A DNA stretch of 52,904 bases, taken from a virus. Lineage: Duplodnaviria > Caudoviricetes. The position numbers and the translations under genes were made by a program. Below the pieces are notes generated by a model. It did no database searches. It had not been told where the DNA came from and was given only the letters and a program-made list of their open reading frames with translations. The stretch lies in the IMG/VR virus record IMGVR_UViG_3300025585_000055, positions 1 to 52,904 of that record; one strand, given 5' to 3'. This document shows, one piece after another, positions 15,234-25,397 of the stretch (position 1 is its first letter; every line of letters begins with the position of its first letter).

Positions 15234-15380
15234 ATGCCGTCGACATCAAAGCGTCAGCGCAAGTTCATGGCAGCAGCTGCCCATAACCCGAAGTTTGCAG
15301 CCAAGGCCGGTATACCGGTGGAGGTTGCCAAAGAGTACAACCGCGCCGATACGCGCAAATCCAAGAGGGCTAAGAAATGA
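15234..15380 (+). CDS. Small basic protein (MPSTSKRQRKFMAAAAHNPKFA..., 48 aa)
   Basis: Translated by hand; GAGGT RBS; ATGA overlap with the next gene. Confidence 0.75.
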   Translation: MPSTSKRQRKFMAAAAHNPKFAAKAGIPVEVAKEYNRADTRKSKRAKK

Positions 15381-15580
15381 AGATGGATATGAAGATGATG
15401 TCCCCCCGTAAGCGCATGGATATGGAAGGCTCCGGCCCCATGAAGAAAATGGCGATGGGCGGCTCCTGTGGCACCAAGAAAATGATGGGTGGCGGCATGA
15501 CCAAAGGCTACGCCAAAGGCGGCGTTACTCGCGCTGACGGCTGCTGCATGAAGGGCCACACCAAAGGCAAGATGGTCTAA
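15377..15580 (+). CDS. Small K/M/G-rich protein with three xxxGG motifs (67 aa)
   Basis: Contains MAMGG, MMGGG and YAKGG; coupled start. Confidence 0.75.
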   Translation: MKMDMKMMSPRKRMDMEGSGPMKKMAMGGSCGTKKMMGGGMTKGYAKGGVTRADGCCMKGHTKGKMV

Positions 15581-15582
15581 TC

Positions 15583-15756
15583 ATGATGCCCTGTCGCGGG
15601 ATGGGGGCTGTGGCCCCCAGCAAAATACCGGGGTTCAAAGAAGGTGGCACCGTCAAAGACGCTTGCTACCGTAAAGTGAAGGCCCAGTACCGCGTGTTCC
15701 CGTCAGCTTACGCGTCGGGCGCCATCGCCAAGTGCAGAAAAAACCGAGGAGGCTGA
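15583..15756 (+). CDS. Small basic protein (MMPCRGMGA...FKEGG...PSAYASGAIAKCRK, 57 aa)
   Basis: Translated by hand; fills the gap exactly. Confidence 0.7.
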   Translation: MMPCRGMGAVAPSKIPGFKEGGTVKDACYRKVKAQYRVFPSAYASGAIAKCRKNRGG

Positions 15757-15757
15757 T

Positions 15758-16030
15758 ATGGCCGTTCGGAAGACTGAGAAAGGCGCGGCGCTGAAGCGTT
15801 GGTTCAAAGAAGAGTGGAAGGACGTTCGCACAGGAAAAGCGTGTGGTCGGCAAGAAGGCGAAAAACGCGGTACTCCGTACTGCAGACCGACCAAACGCGT
15901 TTCCGAAAAAACGCCAAAGACCGCTTCCGAAATGACGGCGGCCGAGAAGAAATCGCGGATCGCCCAGAAGAAGAATTTGGGCCAGCCCGCAGGCGCACCT
16001 AAACGCGTGCAGCCGCTGAAGAGGAAATAG
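15758..16030 (+). CDS. Small basic protein (LKRWFKEEWKDV...PYCRP, 90 aa)
   Basis: GGAGG RBS; K/R-rich. Confidence 0.75.
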   Translation: MAVRKTEKGAALKRWFKEEWKDVRTGKACGRQEGEKRGTPYCRPTKRVSEKTPKTASEMTAAEKKSRIAQKKNLGQPAGAPKRVQPLKRK

Positions 16031-16032
16031 GC

Positions 16033-16737
16033 ATGGCAACGTCCGGCACCACAGCGTTCAATCTAGACTTCACCGAGATTGCGGAAGAAGCGTGGGAGCG
16101 TGCCGGCCGAGAAATGCGCTCCGGTTACGACCTGCGCACTGCGCGTCGCTCTATGAACCTGCTGACCATCGAGTGGCAAAACCGCGGCATCAACATGTGG
16201 ACCATCGAGGAAGGCACGCTGAATCTCGGGCAGGGCGTAGCAACATATACCTTACCTGCTGACACCATCGACCTTCTTGAGCACGTCATTCGTACCGGGG
16301 CTGGCAACGTCAGCACGCAGTCTGACCTCAACATTTCAAGAATCAGCGTCTCCACGTACTCCACTATCCCGAACAAACTCACTCAGGGGCGGCCGATTCA
16401 GCTGTATATTGACCGTGCCCGTGACAACCCGACGGTAACTGTGTGGCCGGTTCCAGATCAGGGAACCATCCTTGCGCCCTACTACATCATGAAGTATTGG
16501 CGCATGAGAAGAATCCAAGACGCAGGTAGTGGGGTTCAGACGCCGGATGTAAACTTCCGCTTCTTGCCGTGTTTGGTGGCAGGGCTGGCGTACTACATCG
16601 CCCAGAAAACCCCAGAGCTCATGCAGCGGGTTCCAATGCTGCAGGCGGAGTACGAGCGCCAGTTTGAGCTGGCTGCGGGCGAAGACCGTGAGAAGGCCCC
16701 TGTTCGCTTCGTACCGCGCATGTTCTACACGAGGTAA
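16033..16737 (+). CDS. Putative head-tail adaptor protein
   Basis: Size, position and a helical C-terminus (LVAGLAYYIA) typical of podovirus adaptors. Confidence 0.6.
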   Translation: MATSGTTAFNLDFTEIAEEAWERAGREMRSGYDLRTARRSMNLLTIEWQNRGINMWTIEEGTLNLGQGVATYTLPADTIDLLEHVIRTGAGNVSTQSDLNISRISVSTYSTIPNKLTQGRPIQLYIDRARDNPTVTVWPVPDQGTILAPYYIMKYWRMRRIQDAGSGVQTPDVNFRFLPCLVAGLAYYIAQKTPELMQRVPMLQAEYERQFELAAGEDREKAPVRFVPRMFYTR

Positions 16738-16739
16738 CC

Positions 16740-17051
16740 ATGAGCAATCGGTTTGCTTCTGGTCAAAAAGCGCTTGCCCTGTGCGATGTGTGTGGGTTCC
16801 CTTACAAGCTGCGAGACCTTCGTAATTTGATCGTAAAGAACAGGGACACGCACGTAAAAGCCTGCCCTGAGTGCTGGAACCCAGACCAACCGCAGCTGCA
16901 TCTGGGAGAGTTTCCTGTAGACGACCCACAAGCGTTGCGCGACCCAAGACCGGATTTTAATGAGTTTCCCCAAGAACGAGCTCGGCTGCAGCCTAGTGGT
17001 TCAGTTCACGCTGGGGGTACAATAGGTTACGTGAAGATCGTTATCTCCTAA
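16740..17051 (+). CDS. Hypothetical zinc-ribbon protein (CDVCG...CPEC)
   Basis: GAGGT RBS; two CxxC motifs. Confidence 0.75.
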   Translation: MSNRFASGQKALALCDVCGFPYKLRDLRNLIVKNRDTHVKACPECWNPDQPQLHLGEFPVDDPQALRDPRPDFNEFPQERARLQPSGSVHAGGTIGYVKIVIS

Positions 17052-17062
17052 GAGGCACGGAT

Positions 17063-17230
17063 ATGAAAACCAATGCGAAGGCTCCGAAAGTTGTGGTAAT
17101 GCCGGCGGTACCTACGGCGTACAAGGTAGATACCGTGAACCAGTCAGTCGACGTGAAAACCAGTGGGGTGAAAACCCGCGGTAATGGCGCAGCGACAAAA
17201 GGCACAATGGCCCGCGGGCCGATGGCGTAA
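17063..17230 (+). CDS. Small basic protein ending RGNGAATKGTMARGPMA (55 aa)
   Basis: Translated by hand; AGAGG RBS. Confidence 0.7.
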   Translation: MKTNAKAPKVVVMPAVPTAYKVDTVNQSVDVKTSGVKTRGNGAATKGTMARGPMA

Positions 17231-17241
17231 AGGGGTAACCC

Positions 17242-17877
17242 GTGAACTACAGCGAACTGACAGCGAACATACAAGACATCTGCGAACAGACGTTCACAGC
17301 AGATCAGCTCGCAATGTTTACGCAACAAGCAGAGCAGAAAATCTACACGACCGTGGATTTGCCGGCGTTTAGAAAGAACCAGACCGGCTCGCTGACCTCT
17401 GGAAATAAGTATTTGGCGATGCCCACAGGCATGTTGTATGTCTACTCTTTGGCGGTAATAGACGCAGAAGGCGACTACGAGTACTTGCTCAACAAGGACG
17501 TAAACTTCATTCGAGAGGCTTATCCGGGGCCCAGTGACACCGGTAAACCAAAACACTACGCGGTGTTTGACCAGAATACGTTCATCCTTGGCCCGACGCC
17601 AAACTCGAACTACAACGCTGAGATTCACTTTTCGTACTACCCGGAGTCCATTGTTACAGCGGGCACGACATGGCTGGGTGATGAGTTTGATTCTGCCCTT
17701 CTCAACGGGGCCTTGGTTGAAGCAATCCGATTCCAGCAAGGTGAGCAAGCCTTGGTGGCGCTGTATGAAAAGCTCTACGTGCAAGCCCTTACGCTGCTTA
17801 TTCAGGTTGGTGATGGTAAGCTGCGAGGCGACGCGTACCGAGACGGACAAGTAAAGAGGAAGATTGGTAATGCTTAG
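17242..17877 (+). CDS. Putative second adaptor / tail tubular A-like protein
   Basis: GTG start with AGGGG RBS; GKPKHYA, ILGPTP and LLNGALVEA motifs. Confidence 0.6.
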   Translation: MNYSELTANIQDICEQTFTADQLAMFTQQAEQKIYTTVDLPAFRKNQTGSLTSGNKYLAMPTGMLYVYSLAVIDAEGDYEYLLNKDVNFIREAYPGPSDTGKPKHYAVFDQNTFILGPTPNSNYNAEIHFSYYPESIVTAGTTWLGDEFDSALLNGALVEAIRFQQGEQALVALYEKLYVQALTLLIQVGDGKLRGDAYRDGQVKRKIGNA

Positions 17878-18157
17878 CGCACTTGGCGGGGCCGAAATAG
17901 GCGAGATCAAAGCAACTTTGGTGTCTGGTAGGGGGTTTACCCCAGAAGAAGTGGCGGAACAGGCACTGAACAAGATTATTTCGGTTGGGGGCAACTGCCA
18001 CCCGGTGATCCGAGATCAGGCAGAGGCGTTCAAGAACGACATCCGTGGAGTGCTGGTGCATTACATGAAACAGGCGGTGCGGTCCAACCACACCACATTG
18101 GCAAATAGATTCCGCGCCGCTGGGCACCCGGAACTTGTAAAACTACTGGAGAGCTGA
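17870..18157 (+). CDS. Hypothetical protein (about 95 aa)
   Basis: Coupled ORF in the structural operon. Confidence 0.7.
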   Translation: MLSALGGAEIGEIKATLVSGRGFTPEEVAEQALNKIISVGGNCHPVIRDQAEAFKNDIRGVLVHYMKQAVRSNHTTLANRFRAAGHPELVKLLES

Positions 18158-18158
18158 A

Positions 18159-18617
18159 ATGGCTATCACTGTTACTACCGCAATGCCCACGAGCTTCAAA
18201 GTTGAACTGCTCAAAGGTCTGCACGATTTCACTGCGTCAACTGGCGATACATTCAAAATCGCCTTGCTGAAGTCCGCTTCTGCGGGCAGCGGCACGTACG
18301 GCGCAGCCAGCACCAACTACTCAAACATCACCGGTAATAGCGACGAAGCAAGCGGCACTGGGTATACCGCGGGGGGTAACACACTCACCAACGTCACCCC
18401 GACAGCTGATGGCACAACCGCTATTACCGACTTCGCAGATACTACGTGGTCAAGCGCGTCTTTCACCACTTGCGGGGCGATGATTTACAACACCAACAAC
18501 TCCAACTCCGCTTGCGCGGTTCTGAGTTTTGGCGGCGACCAGACGGTAAGCTCCGGCGACTTCCAGATTCAGTTCCCTGCAGCAGCTGCATCAACGGCGA
18601 TCATTCGTATCGCGTGA
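18159..18617 (+). CDS. Putative virion/tail structural protein (152 aa)
   Basis: GGAG RBS; GYTAGG motif; S/T/A/G-rich. Confidence 0.7.
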   Translation: MAITVTTAMPTSFKVELLKGLHDFTASTGDTFKIALLKSASAGSGTYGAASTNYSNITGNSDEASGTGYTAGGNTLTNVTPTADGTTAITDFADTTWSSASFTTCGAMIYNTNNSNSACAVLSFGGDQTVSSGDFQIQFPAAAASTAIIRIA

Positions 18618-18625
18618 GGTAGGTT

Positions 18626-19294
18626 ATGGCGTTGGTGTTGAAAGACAGGGTCAAAGAAACCTCGACTACGGCTGGAACTGGCACGCTGACGCTGGCTGGG
18701 GCCGTAGCCGGGTATCAATCTTTTTCTGTGATCGGAAACAGTAACACCACCTACTACGCGATTGTCGATGGCACCGCCAACACGTGGGAGATAGGTATTG
18801 GAACCTACACTTCCAGCGGCACGACGCTTTCTAGGGACACAATCTTAGAGTCCAGCAGCGGGGGGTCCGCGGTATCTTTCGCCTCGAACTCCAAAGACGT
18901 CTTCGTGACCTACCCTGCGGAGCGAGCTGTAGCTACAGACGCCACTCAAACCTTGTCTGGTAAAACCATCACCGACCTAGTGTTTGACGGCAACTATACG
19001 GAAGAGGTTTTTACCATTTCTGACGGTGCGTCTGTTGATCTAAACCCCGCTAACGGAACCATTCAGCTTTGGACGTTGGGCGCCAGTCGGTCTCCCACAG
19101 CCTCGTCTTTTGCTTCCGGGCAGTCTATGACGCTTATGATCGACGACGGTAGCGCGTACACCATTACATGGCCTAGCGTTACATGGAAAACCAACGCCGG
19201 CTTGGCCCCCACGCTTCAGACTAGCGGCTACACCGTGGTCCAGCTTTGGAAAGTAAGTACTACGTTATACGGGGCAAGAGTGGGGGATGCGTAG
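18626..19294 (+). CDS. Tail fibre anchor/adaptor protein, module 1
   Basis: DRVKETSTT N-terminus; C-terminal GQSMTL...ITWPSVTW...APTL domain. Confidence 0.6.
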   Translation: MALVLKDRVKETSTTAGTGTLTLAGAVAGYQSFSVIGNSNTTYYAIVDGTANTWEIGIGTYTSSGTTLSRDTILESSSGGSAVSFASNSKDVFVTYPAERAVATDATQTLSGKTITDLVFDGNYTEEVFTISDGASVDLNPANGTIQLWTLGASRSPTASSFASGQSMTLMIDDGSAYTITWPSVTWKTNAGLAPTLQTSGYTVVQLWKVSTTLYGARVGDA

Positions 19295-20865
19295 TGTTGA
19301 CAGGGAAACTTCTTACCGCAGCTGACCAAAATATGGCGTGGAATTTGAACGCTTACGCTGATGTTTATGTGCAGCAGTTTTCCGTCACGTCCCAAGAATC
19401 TATCCCCGAGGGTTTATTTTTTAAACCCGACGGAACGCGGATGTACATAGTTGGTTCGGGGGGCGATGAGGTAAACGAATTCAGCCTTTCAACGCCTTGG
19501 GACATAACAACTGCCAGTTACGTACGAGTATTCTCTGTCGCAAGTCAAGACACAAGCCCGGAAGGACTGTTTTTCAAACCAGACGGGACAGCGATGTACA
19601 TAGCGGGCAACATAAACGATAGCATATATCAGTACGCTTTGTCTTCCGCATGGGACATAAGTTCTGCGAGCTACGTTAGAAGTTTTTCTGTTGCCGCGCA
19701 AGAAACCGCCCCCTCGGATGTCTTCTTTAAGCCAGACGGAACAAAAATGTACGTTCTAGGGGACACCGGCAATGATGTTAACGAGTACGCATTGTCTTCT
19801 GCGTGGGATATAAGCACAGCAAGTTACGTTCAAGTGTTTTCTGTTGGTTCCCAAGACACCACCCCAAGGGGGTTGTTTTTTACATCTGACGGGTTGGGTA
19901 TGTATGTTGTGGGGGGGCTTAACAGCAGCGTGTATCAATATACGTTGTCATCCGCGTGGAACATAAGCACAACAAGTTACGTGAGAACACTTTCTATCGC
20001 TACGGCTGAAACATCTCCAACCGGCCTTTATTTTTCCCCTGATGGTTTGCAACTGTATGTCGTGGGGGCAGAGGCTGATTCCGTTTCTCGTTTTCTCCTT
20101 TCCAGTCCTTGGGACATAAGTACTGCCAAATTACCAACATCGTTTACAACATCGTCACAATCCAGCGGGGGAAGAGCAGTTTTTTTCAAACCCGATGGGA
20201 CAGTCATGTACAGGGTGGCTACAGGCAATGACGCTGTTTACGAGTACAGTCTTTCATCAGCTTGGGACATAACAACATCATCTTTTGTTAGAAGCGTTTC
20301 TGTTGCTTTACAAGACACAACCCCGACAGGGCTGTTTTTCAAACCCGACGGGACTAAGATGTACATGGTGGGGTCGGGCAGTGACCTAGTAAGAGAGTAC
20401 ACTTTATCCACTGCGTGGAACGTCAGCACTGCTACGTATACTCAAGGATTTTCCGTAGCAACACAAGAATCAGCCGCAACTGCACTTCAGTTTAGTTCCG
20501 ATGGCACGAAGATGTATGTTATTGGCACAAGTGGGGACGACGTAAATGAGTATTCTTTGTCTTCGGCGTGGGACATAAGCACCGCTTCGTATGTCCAAAT
20601 ATTCTCTGTAGCATCGCAGGAAACTGTGCCCAATGCCTTGTTTTTTAAGCCGGATGGTACAGCGTTTTATATTGGCGGAGATTCTTTAAAGCTGCATCAG
20701 TACTCGCTTACAACCGCGTGGAACGTGAGCACTTCGAGTTATTCAGGGCAATCTTTTTCATATGAGCCATCAGGCCCCGCTGGAAGTACAGCTGTTTTTT
20801 TCAGGGACACTGGTAGAAGATTGTTTATAGGTTCGACCACTATCTTGTACCAATTTTCGTTGTAA
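19294..20865 (+). CDS. Beta-propeller repeat protein, putative receptor-binding protein
   Basis: Ten ~51-aa repeats of P-x-GLFFKPDGTKMY...YxLSSAWDISTASY. Start set to GTG 19294. Confidence 0.75.
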   Translation: MLTGKLLTAADQNMAWNLNAYADVYVQQFSVTSQESIPEGLFFKPDGTRMYIVGSGGDEVNEFSLSTPWDITTASYVRVFSVASQDTSPEGLFFKPDGTAMYIAGNINDSIYQYALSSAWDISSASYVRSFSVAAQETAPSDVFFKPDGTKMYVLGDTGNDVNEYALSSAWDISTASYVQVFSVGSQDTTPRGLFFTSDGLGMYVVGGLNSSVYQYTLSSAWNISTTSYVRTLSIATAETSPTGLYFSPDGLQLYVVGAEADSVSRFLLSSPWDISTAKLPTSFTTSSQSSGGRAVFFKPDGTVMYRVATGNDAVYEYSLSSAWDITTSSFVRSVSVALQDTTPTGLFFKPDGTKMYMVGSGSDLVREYTLSTAWNVSTATYTQGFSVATQESAATALQFSSDGTKMYVIGTSGDDVNEYSLSSAWDISTASYVQIFSVASQETVPNALFFKPDGTAFYIGGDSLKLHQYSLTTAWNVSTSSYSGQSFSYEPSGPAGSTAVFFRDTGRRLFIGSTTILYQFSL

Positions 20866-20876
20866 AGGTTTTCACT

Positions 20877-21314
20877 ATGTATGCAAAATTGATGGCAGAT
20901 GGGTCAATCAAAGCCCCGTACTACTTGAACGATCTGCAGCGGGATAACCCCCACACGTCGTTCCCGGACACCTTGAGCCCATTGGTGCTTGAAGGTTTTG
21001 GCGTTGCTATTGTTTCGCAAACGCCCCCTCCAGAAGTGGACACGTCGGTTAACCAGCTGGCCTACTCGGTAGTACGCCAAGAAGGGCAATACAAACAGGT
21101 TTGGTCAGCTACGCCGATTTCAGAAGAGATTGCTTCGCAGCGTGTTAGAGATCGTCGTTCTGATAAACTAAGAGCTACAGATTGGACACAAACACCGGAT
21201 GCAACTGTTGATCGTGCAGCGTGGGCTACTTACAGACAAGCGCTCAGAGATGTTCCGCAACAGCCCGGTTTTCCGTACTCCGTAGTTTGGCCTAACGAGC
21301 CAACAGGGACCTAA
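20877..21314 (+). CDS. Tail fibre assembly chaperone-like protein 1
   Basis: C-terminal R..L..TDWTQ...WATYRQALRDVPQQPGFP...WP motif. Confidence 0.75.
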   Translation: MYAKLMADGSIKAPYYLNDLQRDNPHTSFPDTLSPLVLEGFGVAIVSQTPPPEVDTSVNQLAYSVVRQEGQYKQVWSATPISEEIASQRVRDRRSDKLRATDWTQTPDATVDRAAWATYRQALRDVPQQPGFPYSVVWPNEPTGT

Positions 21315-22301
21315 ATGTTTGGGTTTAGCAGTTTCTCAGAAGTACCCTTTGCTTCCCTGCCTGCCGCGGGGGGAGCTGTCACGGTCGCTGTTACTGGCGT
21401 CTCTGGTACGGGGGCTGTTGGAGCTGTTTCAACTCAAGTGATAAGCGGCGGTATTGTGCTGCCCTTGGGTGGTTGGGGTCGCGCCGGATGGGGAGAACTG
21501 CCCTTTGGTACTGGGTCTATCTCAGTATCTGGTCAGGGGCAGGTTGGTACAGTTTTCACTGCGGTAAACCGCAACGTCCTTGCCACTGGGGTTGAAGGGG
21601 CAGGTGCCGTTGGTAGTGTTGGTTTGGCCCTATCGTTAATTGTGCAGGGGGTCTTAGGGACAGGGGCAACCACCGCCCCAGTTACAGCTGTATCTGTAGT
21701 ACCCCCCGGTGTCCAAGGGAATGGTGCTGTCGGCACGCCCGCTATAGCAGAGATAATTACCCCCACCGGAGTTGCCGCGCAAGGTGCTGTTGGTGCTGTC
21801 ACCATTCGTTCAGGCATCCTGATTGAAGTCACGGGGGTTTCTGGAGCAGGTGCTGTAGGGGATGTTTCGCTTTCCTTCAGCAAGGTGATTGTGCCGGTAG
21901 GCGTATCAGGAACAGGAGAAGTTGGTAGCCCTGCACTAGCCATTAATTCTACGGTTATTCCGGTCGGTGTGAGCGGCAGCGGTGCGGTAGGCAGTGTTAC
22001 GGTAGCGTACAGCGGTGCGGTTGTAGCCACTGGCGTAGAAGGCACCGGGAGCGTTGGTAGTGTTACCACGGGCGTAGGCCAGACAGTCATTCCCGTCGGG
22101 GTTTCTGCCACTGGAGGCGTCGGCACGGTGTCCTTCAAAATAAGCGACATTGTTGTGCCGGTCGGAGTATCTGGTACTGGTGCAGTAGGTACAGTTAGGA
22201 TCGCCGGGTGGACCAACGTCAACGATACACAGAACCCGAATTGGGTTACTATAAATGACGCTCAGACCCCTACATGGGTCGACATAAACAAAGCGGCCTA
22301 G
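21315..22301 (+). CDS. Gly/Val-rich repeat virion protein
   Basis: About 12 repeats of (T/V)GVSGTGAVGxV at ~20 aa spacing. Confidence 0.7.
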   Translation: MFGFSSFSEVPFASLPAAGGAVTVAVTGVSGTGAVGAVSTQVISGGIVLPLGGWGRAGWGELPFGTGSISVSGQGQVGTVFTAVNRNVLATGVEGAGAVGSVGLALSLIVQGVLGTGATTAPVTAVSVVPPGVQGNGAVGTPAIAEIITPTGVAAQGAVGAVTIRSGILIEVTGVSGAGAVGDVSLSFSKVIVPVGVSGTGEVGSPALAINSTVIPVGVSGSGAVGSVTVAYSGAVVATGVEGTGSVGSVTTGVGQTVIPVGVSATGGVGTVSFKISDIVVPVGVSGTGAVGTVRIAGWTNVNDTQNPNWVTINDAQTPTWVDINKAA

Positions 22302-22311
22302 GAGCTGAAAG

Positions 22312-23451
22312 ATGGCAACATACGCGAATGACCTCCGACTGAAAGAGATCGCCACGGGCGATGAGGATGGGCAGTGGGGCACAAGTACCAACACCAACCT
22401 GTCCCTGATTGCTGACGCGTTCAGCCTTGGCACTAAGCAGATGGCCGCGAATGCGGACGAGACCTTCACGATGCCGAATGCTACGGCGGACGGCACTCGC
22501 TCGCTGTACTTGAAGATCACCTCTGCTGTGTCCTTGACCGCCACGCGCACCGTGACGCTGGCACCGAACACGGTGTCCAAGGTCTGGATCATCGAGAACG
22601 CCACCACCGGCAGTCAGTCGATTACGATTGCGCAGGGTTCTGGCAGCTCGGTGACGATTGCCAACGGCGGCAAAGTGATGGTCGTGACCGACGGTGCAGG
22701 GGCAGGGGCTGCGGTTACCAATGCCAACCCAACTACAACGTCTGGTACAGTGACCTCAGTAAGCGGCACTGGTACGGTCAACGGGATTACCCTGACGGGC
22801 ACTGTTACAAGTTCCGGCAACCTGACGCTGGGCGGCACTTTGAGCGGGGTAGACCTTACCTCTCAGGTTACTGGCACTCTTCCCGTAGCCAATGGCGGCA
22901 CCGGAGCCACAACGCTCACGGGCGTTTTGAAAGGGAACGGAACGAGCGCATTTACTGCTGCGACAGCCGGAACAGATTTTGTGGCACCAGGGACGGCAAC
23001 GACTTTTACAGCAACGCAGACATTCAGCGGGTCAACCAGCGCACTCGGAATCGTGCTTTCTGACGCGGCTGAAACTGCCACTGTATCGGCTACTGCTGCA
23101 ACAGGCACGATCAACTACGACATCACGACTCAATCTGTTCTGTACTACACTTCAAACGCTTCTGCCAACTGGACGGTAAACTTCAGGGCTTCCAGCGGCA
23201 CGAGCCTGAACACCGCATTGTCCACTGGTCAGTCCACAACCGTTGCTTTCCTTGTCACCCAAGGCTCCACGGCCTACTACAACAACGTGGTGCAAGTGGA
23301 TGGCACTACCTCTGGTGTCACTACGCGCTGGATCGGTGGCGCTCCTACTGCTGGAAATGCAAGTGGCATCGACAGCTATAGATACCTGATAATCAAGACC
23401 GGCAGTGCCACGTTCACCGTGTTGGCCTCAGTCACCCAATTCAAGGCGTAA
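22312..23451 (+). CDS. Tail fibre protein, module 2 anchor
   Basis: GTLPVANGGTG fibre motif; T/S/G-rich; C-terminal adaptor-like domain. Confidence 0.7.
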   Translation: MATYANDLRLKEIATGDEDGQWGTSTNTNLSLIADAFSLGTKQMAANADETFTMPNATADGTRSLYLKITSAVSLTATRTVTLAPNTVSKVWIIENATTGSQSITIAQGSGSSVTIANGGKVMVVTDGAGAGAAVTNANPTTTSGTVTSVSGTGTVNGITLTGTVTSSGNLTLGGTLSGVDLTSQVTGTLPVANGGTGATTLTGVLKGNGTSAFTAATAGTDFVAPGTATTFTATQTFSGSTSALGIVLSDAAETATVSATAATGTINYDITTQSVLYYTSNASANWTVNFRASSGTSLNTALSTGQSTTVAFLVTQGSTAYYNNVVQVDGTTSGVTTRWIGGAPTAGNASGIDSYRYLIIKTGSATFTVLASVTQFKA

Positions 23452-23454
23452 ATC

Positions 23455-25389
23455 ATGCCATTACAAGAAACCAGCGGGTCTGCAAGTTACGATGCTTTCG
23501 GTGGCGGTGCTGCTGAGCGGGTATTTATAGAGGCAGTTTTCTCAACATGGCTCTACACTGGCAACGGCTCTACGCAGACCATTACCAACGGGATTGATCT
23601 GTCCACGAAGGGTGGGCTGGTGTGGATGAAAGGCCGATCAGGTGCAACAGACCATGCGCTATATGATACTACGCGGGGAGCCACAAAAGATTTAGTCAGC
23701 AACAGCACTGCTGCGGAGACAACGCAAAGCACTGGCCTGACAGCGTTTAACACTACGGGCTTTGCTATTGGCACGCTAGCTAAAATAAACACCAATGCAG
23801 CCACATACGTCTCATGGTCATTCCGCAAGCAGCCGAAGTTCTTTGATATTGTGACGTTCACAGCTCCGGGGGTTGGTACTGAGTTAACTGTAAACCACAA
23901 TTTAGGCTCTACACCGGGTTGTGTGATTATGAAATCAACAACCAACACCGGAAACTGGGTGGTGCTGCACAGGTACGATCAAACAAAATTTGGGGCACTA
24001 AACACTACTGCTGCCTTTGATGACGCATCATTTAATGCCAGCTTTACAAGCACTTCTTTCAAAGTAAAGGGTGGTTTTAACATTACCGCCAATTCTGGCA
24101 CCTACGTTGCCTACCTATTCGCCCACGACGCAGGCGGCTTTGGCCTATCTGGGACGGACAATGTGATTTCGTGTGGAAGCTACACTGGAAATGGTAGCGC
24201 GGCTGGGCCGACGGTAACGCTTGGGTATGAGCCTCAGTGGTTACTTGTTAAATGTTCTAGCTCTACAGGAGATTGGAACCTTATAGATAACATGAGGGGT
24301 TTTGTTGTAGGCGGAACTGACGCAGAACTGAATCCTAATTTGTCCAGTGCGGAAAGCACAGGCACGTTTGTAACGCCTACATCTACAGGGTTTCAAATAA
24401 ACACAACTGATGCGGGCTACAACACAAACAGCGCCATCTACATCTACATCGCCATTCGCCGTGGCCCGATGAAAGTGCCGACGAGTGGGACGAGTGTGTT
24501 TAAGCCTTTCACCTACGACAACAGCGCTGGCGGATTTACTCAAACTCAAAATGCCGGATTCCCAACCGATCTTGCTTTTGAAACAGACAGGGCACTATCC
24601 AGCCAGCACTATCTTGTGTCGAGATTGCAAGGCCCGAGAGCGCAGATGTCCACGGCCAATACGTTCGACGAATCAACGTTTAATACTGGAGGAGATCAAC
24701 AAAAGTTTGATTTGCAAAATCTGTTCGCTCAGCAGAATAGCGTTTCTTCAAGCGTTCTTTTGTATTGCCTACGCCGCGCCCCCGGCTTCATGGATGTGGT
24801 TTGCGATACTGGCACAGGTTCGGCACATACGATCACGCACAATTTGGGCGCTGTGCCTGAGTTAATGATCCGCAAAAAACGCAGCGCGGCAGATAACTGG
24901 ATTGTCTATGCCAACAATGATCCGACTGATTATCTGATCTTGAACAGCACTGCTGCAACGGCTGATCTGGATACGATGTGGAACGATACGGCACCGACAT
25001 CCACTGTATTTACGGTTGGAACAAATGACGATGTGAATCAGAACACAGGCACTTTCGTCACTTACCTTTTCGCCACCGTTGCGGGTGTGTCAAAAGTAGG
25101 CAGCTACACAGGAAACGGCAGTAGCCAGACGATAAACTGCGGCTTCACCGGAGGCGCTAAATTCGTTCTCATAAAGCGCATAAACTCCACCGGAGATTGG
25201 TACGTCTGGGACTCTGCCCGTGGTATCGTAGCGGGTAACGATCCGCACCTGAGCCTTAATGATACTGCCGCTGAAGTGACTACCGATGACAGCGTAGACA
25301 CAAACAGCACTGGTTTTATCGTCAATCAGCTTGCGGCAACTAACATTAACGTCAGTTCTGCCAACTATATCTTTTTGGCAATAGCTTAG
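23455..25389 (+). CDS. Repeat-containing tail fibre / receptor-binding protein (644 aa)
   Basis: Repeated YTGNGS...HNLG..P.....K......W...YVAYLF modules. Confidence 0.7.
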   Translation: MPLQETSGSASYDAFGGGAAERVFIEAVFSTWLYTGNGSTQTITNGIDLSTKGGLVWMKGRSGATDHALYDTTRGATKDLVSNSTAAETTQSTGLTAFNTTGFAIGTLAKINTNAATYVSWSFRKQPKFFDIVTFTAPGVGTELTVNHNLGSTPGCVIMKSTTNTGNWVVLHRYDQTKFGALNTTAAFDDASFNASFTSTSFKVKGGFNITANSGTYVAYLFAHDAGGFGLSGTDNVISCGSYTGNGSAAGPTVTLGYEPQWLLVKCSSSTGDWNLIDNMRGFVVGGTDAELNPNLSSAESTGTFVTPTSTGFQINTTDAGYNTNSAIYIYIAIRRGPMKVPTSGTSVFKPFTYDNSAGGFTQTQNAGFPTDLAFETDRALSSQHYLVSRLQGPRAQMSTANTFDESTFNTGGDQQKFDLQNLFAQQNSVSSSVLLYCLRRAPGFMDVVCDTGTGSAHTITHNLGAVPELMIRKKRSAADNWIVYANNDPTDYLILNSTAATADLDTMWNDTAPTSTVFTVGTNDDVNQNTGTFVTYLFATVAGVSKVGSYTGNGSSQTINCGFTGGAKFVLIKRINSTGDWYVWDSARGIVAGNDPHLSLNDTAAEVTTDDSVDTNSTGFIVNQLAATNINVSSANYIFLAIA

Positions 25390-25397
25390 AGGTAACC

